Position numbers and translations under genes: made by a program. 64,000 nucleotides of DNA. It comes from Candidatus Omnitrophota bacterium. GTDB taxonomy: Bacteria > Omnitrophota > Gorgyraeia > Zapsychrales > Zapsychraceae. Location of the stretch: positions 2,790 to 66,789 of the forward strand of contig JADFXQ010000001.1 in NCBI GenBank assembly GCA_015233495.1. The letters run 5' to 3'. The number at the start of each line of letters is the position of its first letter. The stretch's first letter is position 1. The notes under the pieces were generated by a model that was given only the letters and a program-made list of their open reading frames with translations, did no database searches and was not told the DNA's origin. Positions 28,181 through 38,170 of this stretch are shown here, piece by piece.

Positions 28181-28835
28181 TCAACTCTCCTTCCAAGTAG
28201 AGGTAAACGTCTTTTAAATCTTTAAAAGCCGCGCACTTGATCTTTTTCGCTTGAAAATATTTTAACAAGGTGTCTTTGGCAAAAACCACATCCGCGAACT
28301 GGGCGGCGCAAATATCCGAGCGGCCGTCCCCGATATAAACACAATGTTTGCCCCGGCCCGTCTTGTCCACGACGTGGCCGCGCTTGCAATTGGCGCATTT
28401 TCCGCAAGCCGCGCTATGATGCGGAAATTCCGGAATCAACCGGTCGGCGCGAAACCACAGACGATTGGAAAAAATTTTTAAGCCGTATTGGCCGTTGATC
28501 CCGTTATTTTTTAAAATAGTTTCAATCAAAAAAGAAAAACTGTCACTGACAATCACCGGGGCGATACCGCGGCCTTTAAGCAAATCAAGAATCGGGATAA
28601 AATACGGATCAACCTTAATCTGCGACAAATAGGAAAGCAAACGCGGTTTATCCACCCGAATCGAGCGCAATTGACCTTCCAGACATTGTTTGGAAGTGAT
28701 GCGGCCCTTTGCCCAGTCCGCCTCCAGGATCTCCCATTCTTTGTCCTGGGAAAACCGCTGAATCAGGTCATCCAAAACGTCAAACGAGGTAATAGTATTG
28801 TCAAAATCCAAAAATACCCGGGTCTCCCGATCCAT
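28146..28835 (-). CDS. HAD-IB-type phosphatase (PSP/MtnX-like) with a Cys-rich insert
   Basis: N-terminal FLDFDNTIT (DxDxT) motif; CGKCANCKRGH cysteine cluster; GDGRSD motif IV. Confidence 0.6.
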   Translation of the reverse strand: MDRETRVFLDFDNTITSFDVLDDLIQRFSQDKEWEILEADWAKGRITSKQCLEGQLRSIRVDKPRLLSYLSQIKVDPYFIPILDLLKGRGIAPVIVSDSFSFLIETILKNNGINGQYGLKIFSNRLWFRADRLIPEFPHHSAACGKCANCKRGHVVDKTGRGKHCVYIGDGRSDICAAQFADVVFAKDTLLKYFQAKKIKCAAFKDLKDVYLYLEGELNDSAQTKKTRR

Positions 28836-29101
28836 TACGCCTTTTCCTCTTCGGCCGGCGACGCAACGCGTCCGGCAATATAAGCAACGATGTCTTTAAC
28901 CGTTTTGGCTTTCTCAATATCCGCGTCGGAAATCTTGATTTTAAATTGCTCTTCCAGCTCAAACACCGTCTCAATCGAACCAAAAGAATCCATGCCCAAA
29001 TCTTCCAATAACAAAGAATCCGCTTTAATTTTTGCGATGTCCATGCTTAATTTATCCGCCAACACTGCCTTGACTTTCGCTTCCACATTCGGTTGATTCA
29101 C
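28835..29101 (-). CDS. acyl carrier protein
   Basis: LGMDSFGSIE phosphopantetheine-attachment site; GTG start with GGAGGG Shine-Dalgarno, overlapping the fabF stop as GTGA. Confidence 0.7.
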   Translation of the reverse strand: MNQPNVEAKVKAVLADKLSMDIAKIKADSLLLEDLGMDSFGSIETVFELEEQFKIKISDADIEKAKTVKDIVAYIAGRVASPAEEEKA

Positions 29102-30354
29102 GGCAAACCCTCCTTGGTTAGCAGAATACAAACATTACAACTTCCAAATCCGAATGAATTGGATAAAACATTTTTCAACTTCGCCGCCCTCGCCTCATTC
29201 GGAACATAATCCAAATCACATTCCGGATCTTGGTGCCGGTAATTAATGGTTGGGGGAATCACCTGATTTTCCAAAGCCAAGGCGCAGACCACCGCCTCGA
29301 TTCCGCCGGCCGCGCCGATCGTATGCCCGATCATGGATTTTGTCGAAGACACCGGAACGTGTCGCGCGTGTTCGCCGAAAACTATTTTAATCGCCCGGGT
29401 TTCGGCGCGGTCATTCGCCTCGGTCGAAGTCCCGTGGGCATTGATATAATCAATATCGCGCGGCTCCCGGCCGGCATCACGCACAGCCGCGGCCATGACC
29501 TCGGCCGCATCTGTGCCGTCCGGCATCGGCATCACAATATGATACGCGCCGGAATTTGCCGCGTAACCGGCAATCTCCGCGTAAATTCGGGCATTGCGCC
29601 GCTGGGCGCGCTCGAAATCTTCTAAAATCAAAATCCCGGCGCCTTCCGCTAAAACAAAACCATCCCGTTGTGCGTCAAACGGCCGCGAGGCCTCCTGCGG
29701 CGCGGCATTGCGTTTTGACAAGACTCGCAAAGCCGCATACGCGCCAAACGTCGCCGGGGTTAACGGCGCTTCCACGCCGCCGGTGAGACAAATATCCATT
29801 TCGCGGTTTTGAATTTTTCGAAAGGCCTCGCCGATGGCGTGCGTGCCGGAGGCGCAGGCGGTTGAGATCACCATATTCGGTCCCCGCAATCCAAACCGCA
29901 CGGCAATATGACTCGCGACCGCGTTAGGCGTGATCCGGGGAACCGACAAAGGATGCAACCGATTAATGCCTTTCGCGTATAAAGCCATAATCTGTTCTTC
30001 ATGATAAAGCAAACCGCCTAACCCGGAACCAATGACCACGCCGGCCGTCTGCTGGTTTTCCTTTTCCAAATCCAGACCGCTGTCCGCCACCGCCATGATC
30101 GCCGCGGCCAAACCTAAATGAACGAACCGGTCCGTGCGTTTCACCATATCCGCGGGCAAATATTTTAGCGGATCAAAATTCTTGATCTGCCCGGCGATTT
30201 TCACGTCCAACGCGGCAGTGTCAATCCCATCAATAATTCCGACACCGGATTTACCGGCAATATTCGCCTGCCAAAATTCCGCTTTCCCGATCCCGTTCGG
30301 CGCGGCCACGCCAACCCCGGTGACCACTACCCGTCGTTTTTGACAATTACCCAT
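29098..30354 (-). CDS. fabF: beta-ketoacyl-ACP synthase (KAS I/II, Cys-His-His triad)
   Basis: STACASG, HGTSTEAND and KSMIGHTIGAAG motifs. Confidence 0.85.
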   Translation of the reverse strand: MGNCQKRRVVVTGVGVAAPNGIGKAEFWQANIAGKSGVGIIDGIDTAALDVKIAGQIKNFDPLKYLPADMVKRTDRFVHLGLAAAIMAVADSGLDLEKENQQTAGVVIGSGLGGLLYHEEQIMALYAKGINRLHPLSVPRITPNAVASHIAVRFGLRGPNMVISTACASGTHAIGEAFRKIQNREMDICLTGGVEAPLTPATFGAYAALRVLSKRNAAPQEASRPFDAQRDGFVLAEGAGILILEDFERAQRRNARIYAEIAGYAANSGAYHIVMPMPDGTDAAEVMAAAVRDAGREPRDIDYINAHGTSTEANDRAETRAIKIVFGEHARHVPVSSTKSMIGHTIGAAGGIEAVVCALALENQVIPPTINYRHQDPECDLDYVPNEARAAKLKNVLSNSFGFGSCNVCILLTKEGLP

Positions 30355-30364
30355 GCGTTTTCCT

Positions 30365-31243
30365 TCAATGACCGATCCGCGTAAAAAAATCTTTCATCCG
30401 ATCCACGACTTTGCCTCGTTCCTGATCTGCAGTTATAATGTGATAAGAATCCTCCAGCAGAACAATCTCCTTTTGCCGGGAAGCAATCCGGTCATAAATA
30501 AATTCCGCGTTCTTGACGCTGGTCATGTCATCTTCCTTGGCCTGAATAATCTGCACAGGCGCGGCGATGTGCGGCAAACGCGTCTTTAAGCGGCGCACCA
30601 AAATCTCTAATTGGCGCAAAAGACTGACCGGAAAAAGCGGATATCCATAACGGTCAATATCCGCGGCGTGTCCGGTGTGCATGCGCGAAAAATACTCATG
30701 CGCCTTTTGCTGGATCGCTTTATTCTTGATGCCATAGGGTGGATTTTCTTCAAAATAAATAAATCGATGCAGCTGCGTCCAATAAGCGACCGGCAGAAAA
30801 CAACGGTACCAAGGGCAGTTCCAACCGTCGTAAAATAAAGTCGGGGACAAACAACTGACCCCGGCAATGGCTTGAGGAAATTCATCCGCCAGCAAAAGCG
30901 CCAGCAGAGCGCCCATGGAAAGGCCGCTCACAAAAATTGTATCGCTGTATTCCCGCGCTTTAAAAAAAGCCTGGCGGCCAGTTTCATAAAAATCCTGCCA
31001 GGGTGTGTTTTTAAGAATCTGAAGCGGACGATCGTGATTGGCCAAACGCGGACACAATACGGAGAACCCGGCGCCGTTTAGCCGGTTAGCGAGAAAACGC
31101 ATTTCATTCGGCGTGCCGGTCAACCCATGCAACAAAATCACCGCCGCGCCATTTTTGCCGCGCATCGCGATTCCCTGATTCATCAAGGCCGACCCGGATG
31201 TCGGCTCCAACTTCGGCACTTGAAAAGAAAATTTAACCGCCAT
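30365..31243 (-). CDS. alpha/beta-hydrolase (lysophospholipase/thioesterase-like)
   Basis: GLSMG nucleophile elbow; Asp and His are spaced appropriately. Confidence 0.6.
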   Translation of the reverse strand: MAVKFSFQVPKLEPTSGSALMNQGIAMRGKNGAAVILLHGLTGTPNEMRFLANRLNGAGFSVLCPRLANHDRPLQILKNTPWQDFYETGRQAFFKAREYSDTIFVSGLSMGALLALLLADEFPQAIAGVSCLSPTLFYDGWNCPWYRCFLPVAYWTQLHRFIYFEENPPYGIKNKAIQQKAHEYFSRMHTGHAADIDRYGYPLFPVSLLRQLEILVRRLKTRLPHIAAPVQIIQAKEDDMTSVKNAEFIYDRIASRQKEIVLLEDSYHIITADQERGKVVDRMKDFFTRIGH

Positions 31244-31328
31244 AAAAGCACCCGCCGCGCCATAAACCGGCGCCTTTCATAAATACTAATTAAATAGATA
31301 AATAGATTAAAGGCAGGAAGATTAACTT

Positions 31329-31361
31329 AAGATTAAGAAATTCTTTAATTTTCTTAATCTT
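31329..31361. promoter_or_regulatory. AT-rich perfect 12-bp inverted repeat AAGATTAAGAAA-N9-TTTCTTAATCTT between the histidine kinase and the hydrolase (terminator or operator)
   Basis: Direct reading of the sequence. Confidence 0.35.
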
Positions 31362-31402
31362 TTAATTCTGGCGAATTCGGAAGATAAAAATTTATGAGCT
31401 GA

Positions 31403-32848
31403 TTAAGATTGCCGCAGGGGAAGGGAAACAATGAAAGTGGCTCCTTGGCCTACCGCGCTCTCAACGCGGATCGTGCCTTTATGCGCAGTCACAACCGACT
31501 TGGCAATGCTTAAACCCAGACCGAATCCCGGACTGGTGCGGGATTTTTCCGCGCGATAAAAACGGTCAAACACCCGGCCCAATTCTTCCGGCGCGATTCC
31601 CGGGCCGGTGTCATTGACCGTGAGTACGACGTGGCCGGCCCTCCGGGAAACCCGCAGAGCCACGGCGCCCTCAGCCGGGGTGTATTTCAGAGCATTATCA
31701 ATAATATTCGTCAGCACCCGTTCTATCTGGCGAATGTCTGCCTCAATCGCGACCGCGTCACTGGTGAGCAAACGTAACGTAATCCGTTTTTGTTCCGCGA
31801 CCGGACGAGCCGCATCAATAATCTGCCTTGTCAAATCCATTAAATCCACTTTTTCAATATTCAGCTCATATTCCACCCGGTCGAGCTGTGCCAGATCAAG
31901 CAAATTCTCAACCAGGGCGTTCATTTTATCTATCTCCTCGAGATTGACGGCCAGAATCGCTTCATATTCTTCGACCGAGCGCTGTTTATTCAGCGCGACT
32001 TCCTGTTTGCCTTTTAGCGCGGTCAAAGGCGTGCGCAGTTCATGCGACACATCCTGAATCAACTGCTGCTGCAGAGAAAACGCTTTATCCAAACGGCCCA
32101 ACATATCGTTAAAGGTTTCCGCCAGTCTTTTGGTTTCGTCATTTACCGCCGGCATCTTGATCCGCTGTTTTAAATTGCGGGAAGTTATCTGGCGCATCGC
32201 CTTGGTCATTTCATCGACCGGGCTCAAAGTGGTCCGGGTCAAAAAGAAACCCATCACCGTGACCAAAAACATGGCGGAAGGCAGAAAGATCAGCAAAACG
32301 GTTTTTATCCGACGAAGTTTAACATACAAGGGCCTTAAGGAGGCGCTGACTTGCACAAAATATTCCGCGCCGTTTTTATCAATCGGCCGGACCAGTGTCC
32401 GCACCGGCCAGACCTCTTCGGATTTAGGGACCACCCGGCCCGGGCTGTCAAAAAACCGATTCTTCTTGATGCCGGCAACGACGCGGGGCAAAATCTGGGG
32501 AAAAGGCCGGGCGCGCGAAGCGATCATTACCGACCCGTCCGGCTGGAACACTTGAATATAAATACCGCTGCCGCGGCTCCACTCCAAAGCGTTACGCAAG
32601 GTGTTCAAAAAATCCGCGTTAGTCTGCTCTGACTTGATACCGGCTAAACTGTCCCGGTCACGGTCAAGCATTGCCGCGTCAATGACCTGGGCAATGTCTT
32701 CTGCCCGGGACTCCAGCAAAAGATTAAAATCTTTGTTTAACACCCGGCTAAAATTGGCGTACAAACAGGCGCTCAAAATTCCGGCGATCAGGCCGACTGC
32801 CAGCACATACCAAAACGTCATCCGGAAATAAATTGATTTCGTAGGCAT
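31403..32848 (-). CDS. sensor histidine kinase (HAMP-HisKA-HATPase)
   Basis: Two TM helices; H-box HELRTPLTAL; N, G1 and G2 boxes. Confidence 0.8.
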   Translation of the reverse strand: MPTKSIYFRMTFWYVLAVGLIAGILSACLYANFSRVLNKDFNLLLESRAEDIAQVIDAAMLDRDRDSLAGIKSEQTNADFLNTLRNALEWSRGSGIYIQVFQPDGSVMIASRARPFPQILPRVVAGIKKNRFFDSPGRVVPKSEEVWPVRTLVRPIDKNGAEYFVQVSASLRPLYVKLRRIKTVLLIFLPSAMFLVTVMGFFLTRTTLSPVDEMTKAMRQITSRNLKQRIKMPAVNDETKRLAETFNDMLGRLDKAFSLQQQLIQDVSHELRTPLTALKGKQEVALNKQRSVEEYEAILAVNLEEIDKMNALVENLLDLAQLDRVEYELNIEKVDLMDLTRQIIDAARPVAEQKRITLRLLTSDAVAIEADIRQIERVLTNIIDNALKYTPAEGAVALRVSRRAGHVVLTVNDTGPGIAPEELGRVFDRFYRAEKSRTSPGFGLGLSIAKSVVTAHKGTIRVESAVGQGATFIVSLPLRQS

Positions 32849-32849
32849 A

Positions 32850-33518
32850 TTAAATTCTTATGGTGTACCCGCGGCCGCGGATAGTCTGAATCAGCGGCGG
32901 TTCCCGGCCCGCGTCGATTTTGCGGCGTAAAGCATTGATATGCACGTCAATCACGTTGGTAGTCGTGTCAAAATTGATGTCCCAAACATGCTCGGAAATC
33001 GCGGTCCGCGTCACCACCTCATTGGCGCGGCGCAGCAGGTATTCAAGAAGGAAAAATTCTTTGGTAGTCAGAAATATTTCTTTTCCCACCCGGGTCACTT
33101 TATGACCCAGCACATCCACGGTCAAATCGCCCGCCTGCAAAACTGTGACGGATTTGCCCGCGCCCTGACGCAATAGTACCCTGATCCGGGCGAGCAATTC
33201 CTTAAACGCAAACGGCTTGGTCAAATAATCATTCGCGCCGGATTCCAAACCGCGCACCTTATCATTAACGCTGTGCTTGGCGGTCAACATGATTATCGGC
33301 GTTTCGATTTTATCCCGCCGCAGGTTGCGGCAGAGCGTTACCCCGTCAATCTTGGGGATCATCAAGTCCAGCAAAATCAAATCGTAAGTTTCCGTGCCGG
33401 CCAAAAAATAGCCCTTCTCGCCTTCATAAGCCACGTCCACGGCGTAGCCTTCTTCCTTCAAACCCTGACGGATAAAATCCGCGATGTGTTTTTCATCCTC
33501 AATGACCAAGATGCGCAT
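32850..33518 (-). CDS. OmpR/PhoB-family response regulator
   Basis: REC domain MRILVIEDE...D; C-terminal winged-helix domain; start at the internal Met. Confidence 0.8.
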   Translation of the reverse strand: MRILVIEDEKHIADFIRQGLKEEGYAVDVAYEGEKGYFLAGTETYDLILLDLMIPKIDGVTLCRNLRRDKIETPIIMLTAKHSVNDKVRGLESGANDYLTKPFAFKELLARIRVLLRQGAGKSVTVLQAGDLTVDVLGHKVTRVGKEIFLTTKEFFLLEYLLRRANEVVTRTAISEHVWDINFDTTTNVIDVHINALRRKIDAGREPPLIQTIRGRGYTIRI

Positions 33519-33583
33519 AAACTGCTGCCCCCGCCTTGCCCTCCCCCGCAACGCGGGCGAAGAAAAAATCGACTTAACGCCTT

Positions 33584-33889
33584 CTACCTTAACTTTTTTT
33601 CGAATCGGCTGAAAGCCAATTCCAACATTTCATCCGGCGAAGCGCCGTTTTCGATAAGCAACTCCATACATAAGACAAACAAGTCTCCGGTTTCCGCTAA
33701 AAAATGGGCGTCGCCTTTGCTCTGTAATTCGCGAATTTCCTCGGCGTGATGCCAAATCATTTCCAAAAGTTTCTCCTGATGCGGTTTGCCTGCCGCCGTA
33801 TTTCGGCGTTGCGATAAAGCGTGAATCTGCCGCAGTCTTGCCAAAGCCCCTGCCGAAAAATTGCGATCCAACCCGGATATTTGATTCAT
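33584..33889 (-). CDS. MazG-like nucleotide pyrophosphohydrolase (small, single domain)
   Basis: EExxE..GDLLF-like helix pair; weak match. Confidence 0.4.
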   Translation of the reverse strand: MNQISGLDRNFSAGALARLRQIHALSQRRNTAAGKPHQEKLLEMIWHHAEEIRELQSKGDAHFLAETGDLFVLCMELLIENGASPDEMLELAFSRFEKKLR

Positions 33890-33936
33890 AAATTTTTACC
33901 GGCGACTGTACAATGCCGCGTCAAAACACTGTTTTC

Positions 33937-35316
33937 CTATCGCCTTAAACGCGCCAGCCCGGCAAGGGCCGCGGTCAAAGGCAGCAGAATCAAGATAAGC
34001 ACAACCAATTGCTTCTGCCGGTTTGTTAAATCCAGACGGCTGACTTTTATTTTTTTATCGCCAAGAAACACCTGATAATCCGCTTCCGAAACCCAATTGA
34101 TGACATTCAGCGCCATAGCCGCGTTGCTGTATTGATCAATAAAGGCGTTGGACAAAAAATCCGCGTCCGTAAACACGGCCAGCCGCGTGTCGGAGTCCTT
34201 ATTTTTATCTCTCGGCTCCCAGGCGACAAAAGCGATCATCACCGGGCCGGGCCGATCTTCGCTGGGATCGTATTTGATGGTTAAATAACGATTGGTCTCC
34301 CCCCAACTGCGTTCTTTTGAAGCGGTTAAAACTAAAGGCGCGACCTTCACGTTCGGCCGATGTTCCGCAAACAGGGATATCGAGCGCGGCCGGATATAAT
34401 AAGTGTAATCCAAATCCGCGACAATCGCCCGATGCGATAAATAATTGCGGGTTGCCGGGCACCCCACATCGCCGCCCACATGACTATCCAGATCAATCAC
34501 GACATCATCATTGACCTGAAGTCCCCATTCCCGCAAAATCCCGTTTAACGACGGGTTCAAAGTGAGTTGTTCCGCAGTCAACGGTTTGTCCAAAGTAGAA
34601 ATCAAAATATTTTCGATCAAAAATAAAGCATCGCCGCCCCGGCGCAGATAAGCCGAGATCTTTTCCTCCGTCGGTTGAGGCAAAGGTTGATGGGGGCCGG
34701 GAATAATCAGGATATCGCAATCACGAGGTATCGCGGTTGTCGCTTCCAAAAAAAGCGGTTCCACCCTAAAATGATTCGCGGCTAATTTCGCGGCCAATTT
34801 GCTTAAACCCGTGTCGGTTTCATCGTCCAACCGATATTCGCCGTGTCCGGTCAAAAAATACGCTTTACGGGCCGGCCGGGTCAAGCGGACAATCTCATTG
34901 GTCAATTGCTCTTCCGTCAACGGCTGTTCGGTAAAATCAATAATTTTGCGGCCCTGGGCAGTAGTCACGAAAACTTTCTGCTCTTTGCCGTTGATCACAT
35001 GGCCAAACTGGGCGGCATAACTGATTTGCGCCAGAGGGTCAATAATCTCCGCTTTCACTTTGCTGCCGCCGAGGCGCTCATATTCCCGGAAAAGATCCTC
35101 AATATAACGCGGCGCCAACCCGACGTAAAACGCGGTAAGCTTGACTTCGGTTTGCAATTGCCGTAAATATCCCCGGGTCGTGTCCGACAAGGTATGCTGT
35201 TTTGCCCGGGTAAAATCCCAGCGTTTTTCCCAGCCCGCCGCGAGCCAGTTGATCTCTGCTGCTAAAATCAGCAGTAAAAACCCGCTTAAGCATCGTCCGG
35301 AAAGATTCGGTTTCAT
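33937..35316 (-). CDS. GldG-like ABC-transport auxiliary component (N- and C-terminal TM anchors)
   Basis: Membrane anchors at both ends around a large central domain; lies upstream of an ABC-2 permease and an ATPase. Confidence 0.55.
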   Translation of the reverse strand: MKPNLSGRCLSGFLLLILAAEINWLAAGWEKRWDFTRAKQHTLSDTTRGYLRQLQTEVKLTAFYVGLAPRYIEDLFREYERLGGSKVKAEIIDPLAQISYAAQFGHVINGKEQKVFVTTAQGRKIIDFTEQPLTEEQLTNEIVRLTRPARKAYFLTGHGEYRLDDETDTGLSKLAAKLAANHFRVEPLFLEATTAIPRDCDILIIPGPHQPLPQPTEEKISAYLRRGGDALFLIENILISTLDKPLTAEQLTLNPSLNGILREWGLQVNDDVVIDLDSHVGGDVGCPATRNYLSHRAIVADLDYTYYIRPRSISLFAEHRPNVKVAPLVLTASKERSWGETNRYLTIKYDPSEDRPGPVMIAFVAWEPRDKNKDSDTRLAVFTDADFLSNAFIDQYSNAAMALNVINWVSEADYQVFLGDKKIKVSRLDLTNRQKQLVVLILILLPLTAALAGLARLRR

Positions 35317-36014
35317 CGTTTCCTCAAAAAAATTATCGAGAGTAATAAAAATATCAAAATGCCGCTACCCAAATACGCGAGGTCAGCGGCAGCGATAATC
35401 CCGACGAAAAAATTCTCCGAATGCGTCATGACCGCCGCGTAGCGCAAAACGGTCTCCGCCGGACCATGCAGGTAAGAATTAAAACTCTTCAAAAAATACA
35501 ACCCGAACAAAACCGCGTAAGCCAAAATCGCGGCGAGCAAATGACTGCCAGTCAAACCGGAACAAAAAATCCCGACCGCGATAAAAAAAGCGGCCTCCAG
35601 CCAAATCCCCAAATAACCGGCAAAGGCCATGCCGGCCTCCGGCGAGGCAAATGACGCCAATATCCCATAATAAATCCCCGTAATCGCGACCAAGATCGAA
35701 ACAAAAAAAAGCGTGCCCAAATATTTACCGCAGATTATCTGCCCTTCCGTGGTCGGCGTAGTCAAAAGAAATTCTAAGGTCCCGGTCTGTTTTTCTTCGG
35801 CCAAGGTTTTCATGGTCAGCAAAGGGATCAAAAAAACAAACATGAATTCCATTACCCGAAAAACATCGGTGAGCGCCGCTTCCCGGTTCTGATCAATAAT
35901 CAAAAAGAAAAACGCGTTGAAAACCGTGAGCGCCACGGTCAAAATCACGTAAGCCAACGGCGAGCGGAAGTAACCCGCTGATTCTTTCATCGCGATGTCG
36001 AATGTTTTCAGCAT
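35313..36014 (-). CDS. ABC-2-family transporter permease (GldF-like)
   Basis: Six TM helices; 233 aa. Confidence 0.6.
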   Translation of the reverse strand: MLKTFDIAMKESAGYFRSPLAYVILTVALTVFNAFFFLIIDQNREAALTDVFRVMEFMFVFLIPLLTMKTLAEEKQTGTLEFLLTTPTTEGQIICGKYLGTLFFVSILVAITGIYYGILASFASPEAGMAFAGYLGIWLEAAFFIAVGIFCSGLTGSHLLAAILAYAVLFGLYFLKSFNSYLHGPAETVLRYAAVMTHSENFFVGIIAAADLAYLGSGILIFLLLSIIFLRKR

Positions 36015-36039
36015 ATTCTTGCCTCTTGAGCCATTCCTC

Positions 36040-36290
36040 TCCCCTGCGCTATTCCGTACTCAAAGCCAGCTTGGGGAACAGCTGATTCGGCGGATACCCC
36101 GTAACGCCCCGCAAATAAATCTTCTCAACCCCGGCGCGGAAAATCGATCCCACATTATACCCCAAACATATGTCATTCAGAACTAAAACTAAAGGCAAGA
36201 CTTGCACAGGGGAATTTTGTTGCTGCCGGAAAACTAATTACAGATGAGTCAATTTTCGCATGCGGCATTAGTCTTCGGGAAGGCGAACGT
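36040..36290 (-). pseudogene. disrupted duplicate of the 5' end and upstream region of the trmH-like gene (reads MRKLTHL*)
   Basis: About 80% DNA identity to 37950-38200, with an early stop and frame breaks. Confidence 0.6.
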
Positions 36291-36304
36291 CAGTTGTTCC
36301 TACT

Positions 36305-36589
36305 TTATTTATATCCCCATTCTTGAAATTTTTTCTGTAATTCAGGAACATTTTTAAATGCTCTGAAATAAACGGACTCCGGAGCCAAATCAGCTCCATT
36401 GGGCCAAGCAATCGTCGCTAATGTTTTGTCTACCCGCAATTGAGAAAAAAGCTTCTTATCTTTGAGCGGATCAAAAACAGGCCCATGCAAAAGATCTGAT
36501 AGATCAGCCGTGCCTTGTTTACCATCATTAAAAGACACTTGAACTTTATAATCTTGAATATATTTAGCGTTAACAATATGCAATATCAT
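36305..36589 (-). CDS. DUF2442-domain protein
   Basis: Small protein whose layout matches the DUF2442 family; paired with a DUF4160 gene upstream. Confidence 0.55.
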   Translation of the reverse strand: MILHIVNAKYIQDYKVQVSFNDGKQGTADLSDLLHGPVFDPLKDKKLFSQLRVDKTLATIAWPNGADLAPESVYFRAFKNVPELQKKFQEWGYK

Positions 36590-36592
36590 GTT

Positions 36593-36850
36593 TTATTCCA
36601 ACGGCTTAATTTGTTTCGGCAGTTCTTGTTTACGGCACAATTCCCAATCTTCCATCAAGGCTTGTTCGTTAAGAATGCGCCACTCCTGAACAAGACCCAA
36701 CACTCTGGCCGGGAGTTTACCACTGGCCGCCCCGGATTTTATATCGACAACAGCTTCATATTCGCCGTATCGCGCGTGAAAATGTCCCGGGTTATGATCG
36801 TCCCAATACATTGTAATGACAACACCTAAAAATTGAGAAATGATTGGCAT
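36593..36850 (-). CDS. DUF4160-domain protein
   Basis: YWDDHNPGHFHARYGEYEA motif typical of DUF4160. Confidence 0.55.
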   Translation of the reverse strand: MPIISQFLGVVITMYWDDHNPGHFHARYGEYEAVVDIKSGAASGKLPARVLGLVQEWRILNEQALMEDWELCRKQELPKQIKPLE

Positions 36851-36905
36851 ATTTGGAATATACCATAAATAAAAATTAGCGGCAATTTATTTAAAAGCCG
36901 GGATG

Positions 36906-37625
36906 TTATTCCTCCCCTCTCACCGCCGCCAAAAACAATTCTTCCAAATTTTTCTTTCCCGCCCGCGCCAGCAAATCCGACTGCTTTCCATCCGCGATAA
37001 TCTCCCCCTTTTGAATAATCAAAACCCGCGGCGCGACCTGTTCAATCTCGGATAAAATATGCGTACTAAGCAAAACCGTGCGCTCGCTTCCCTGCTGTTT
37101 TATCAAATCCCGCACCTGCAAAATCTGTACCGGGTCCAGCCCATTGGTTGGCTCGTCGAGAATCAAGACCGGCGGTTCATTTATCACCGCCTGAGCCAGC
37201 CCGACTCTTTGTTTAAAACCTTTTGATAGCGCGGCAATCAGCCGGTCGCGTACCGCGCGCAAAGAACAAGCAGCGATCACCTTATCAACTTGCATCTTCT
37301 GCTTTCGAGCCGGAACATCCTTCAGCCTCGCCGCGAAATAAAGATATTGTCCCACTGTCAGCGCCGGATAAAGCGGCGGATTTTCCGGCAAATACCCGAT
37401 TTTCCTGCGGACATCCAACGGCCGGCGCAAGGCGTCCATCTGTGCCACAAACACCTCTCCCGAAGCCGGCCGCAAAAAAGTGGTTAAAATCCGCATTAAA
37501 GTGGTTTTGCCCGCGCCGTTACAGCCCAGAAATCCGACAATCTCGCCCTTGCCAATGGCCAGGTCCACATCAGCCAGCGCGCGCTGTTTCCCATAGAAAT
37601 GATTTAATTTAGAAACCCTGATCAT
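36906..37625 (-). CDS. ABC transporter ATP-binding protein (GldA-like)
   Basis: Walker A GCNGAGKTT, signature LSKGFKQR, Walker B ILDEPT. Confidence 0.8.
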   Translation of the reverse strand: MIRVSKLNHFYGKQRALADVDLAIGKGEIVGFLGCNGAGKTTLMRILTTFLRPASGEVFVAQMDALRRPLDVRRKIGYLPENPPLYPALTVGQYLYFAARLKDVPARKQKMQVDKVIAACSLRAVRDRLIAALSKGFKQRVGLAQAVINEPPVLILDEPTNGLDPVQILQVRDLIKQQGSERTVLLSTHILSEIEQVAPRVLIIQKGEIIADGKQSDLLARAGKKNLEELFLAAVRGEE

Positions 37626-38170
37626 ATTTTTGCTGTAATCCCGGACAACCGTTTTTGCAATTCATTCCTGATATGATAAGCGGCTATCCCCGCCGCGACC
37701 GCCACATTCAAGGAATTCTTCAATCCCGCCATTTCAATCTCAATGGCCTGATCGCAATCCGCGAGAATCGTTTCGCTCACCCCGGAAATTTCATTGCCGA
37801 CGACCAAACACACCGGCCGCTTGGGATGATAATCCTGATACAACACACTCGATTCCATTTGCTCCAAGAGGACAATCTCATACCCCTCCTGCCGCAAACG
37901 CCGCACCACAACCCGCACATCCCGCTCGTGTTCCCAGGGGACGCGCTGTTCTGCGCCCAAAGCCGTCTTGGAAATCAGCTGATTCGGTGGATACCCCGTT
38001 ATCCCGCAGAGAAAAATCTTCGCGACTCCCGCGCCGTCCGCGGTGCGGAAAATCGAACCTACATTATACCCGGAGCGGATGTCATTGAGAACAAAAACAA
38101 ACGGCAAAACCGAAGCCCCGTTTTTTTGCTCCTGACGAAAAACTAATTCCTGATGAGATAATTTGCGCAT
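37622..38170 (-). CDS. SpoU/TrmH-family RNA 2'-O-methyltransferase
   Basis: NVGSIFRTADGAG and VGNEISGVS / NSLNVAVAAGI SPOUT motifs. Confidence 0.7.
   Translation of the reverse strand: MRKLSHQELVFRQEQKNGASVLPFVFVLNDIRSGYNVGSIFRTADGAGVAKIFLCGITGYPPNQLISKTALGAEQRVPWEHERDVRVVVRRLRQEGYEIVLLEQMESSVLYQDYHPKRPVCLVVGNEISGVSETILADCDQAIEIEMAGLKNSLNVAVAAGIAAYHIRNELQKRLSGITAKI

Noticed and set aside
28146-28835. Assigning the HAD protein specifically as MtnX of methionine salvage because mtnP is present in the window
   Set aside because: mtnP is 18 kb away and no other mtn genes (mtnA, K, B, W, D) are present. The Cys-rich insert is not a feature of MtnX, so the call is kept generic as a HAD-IB phosphatase.
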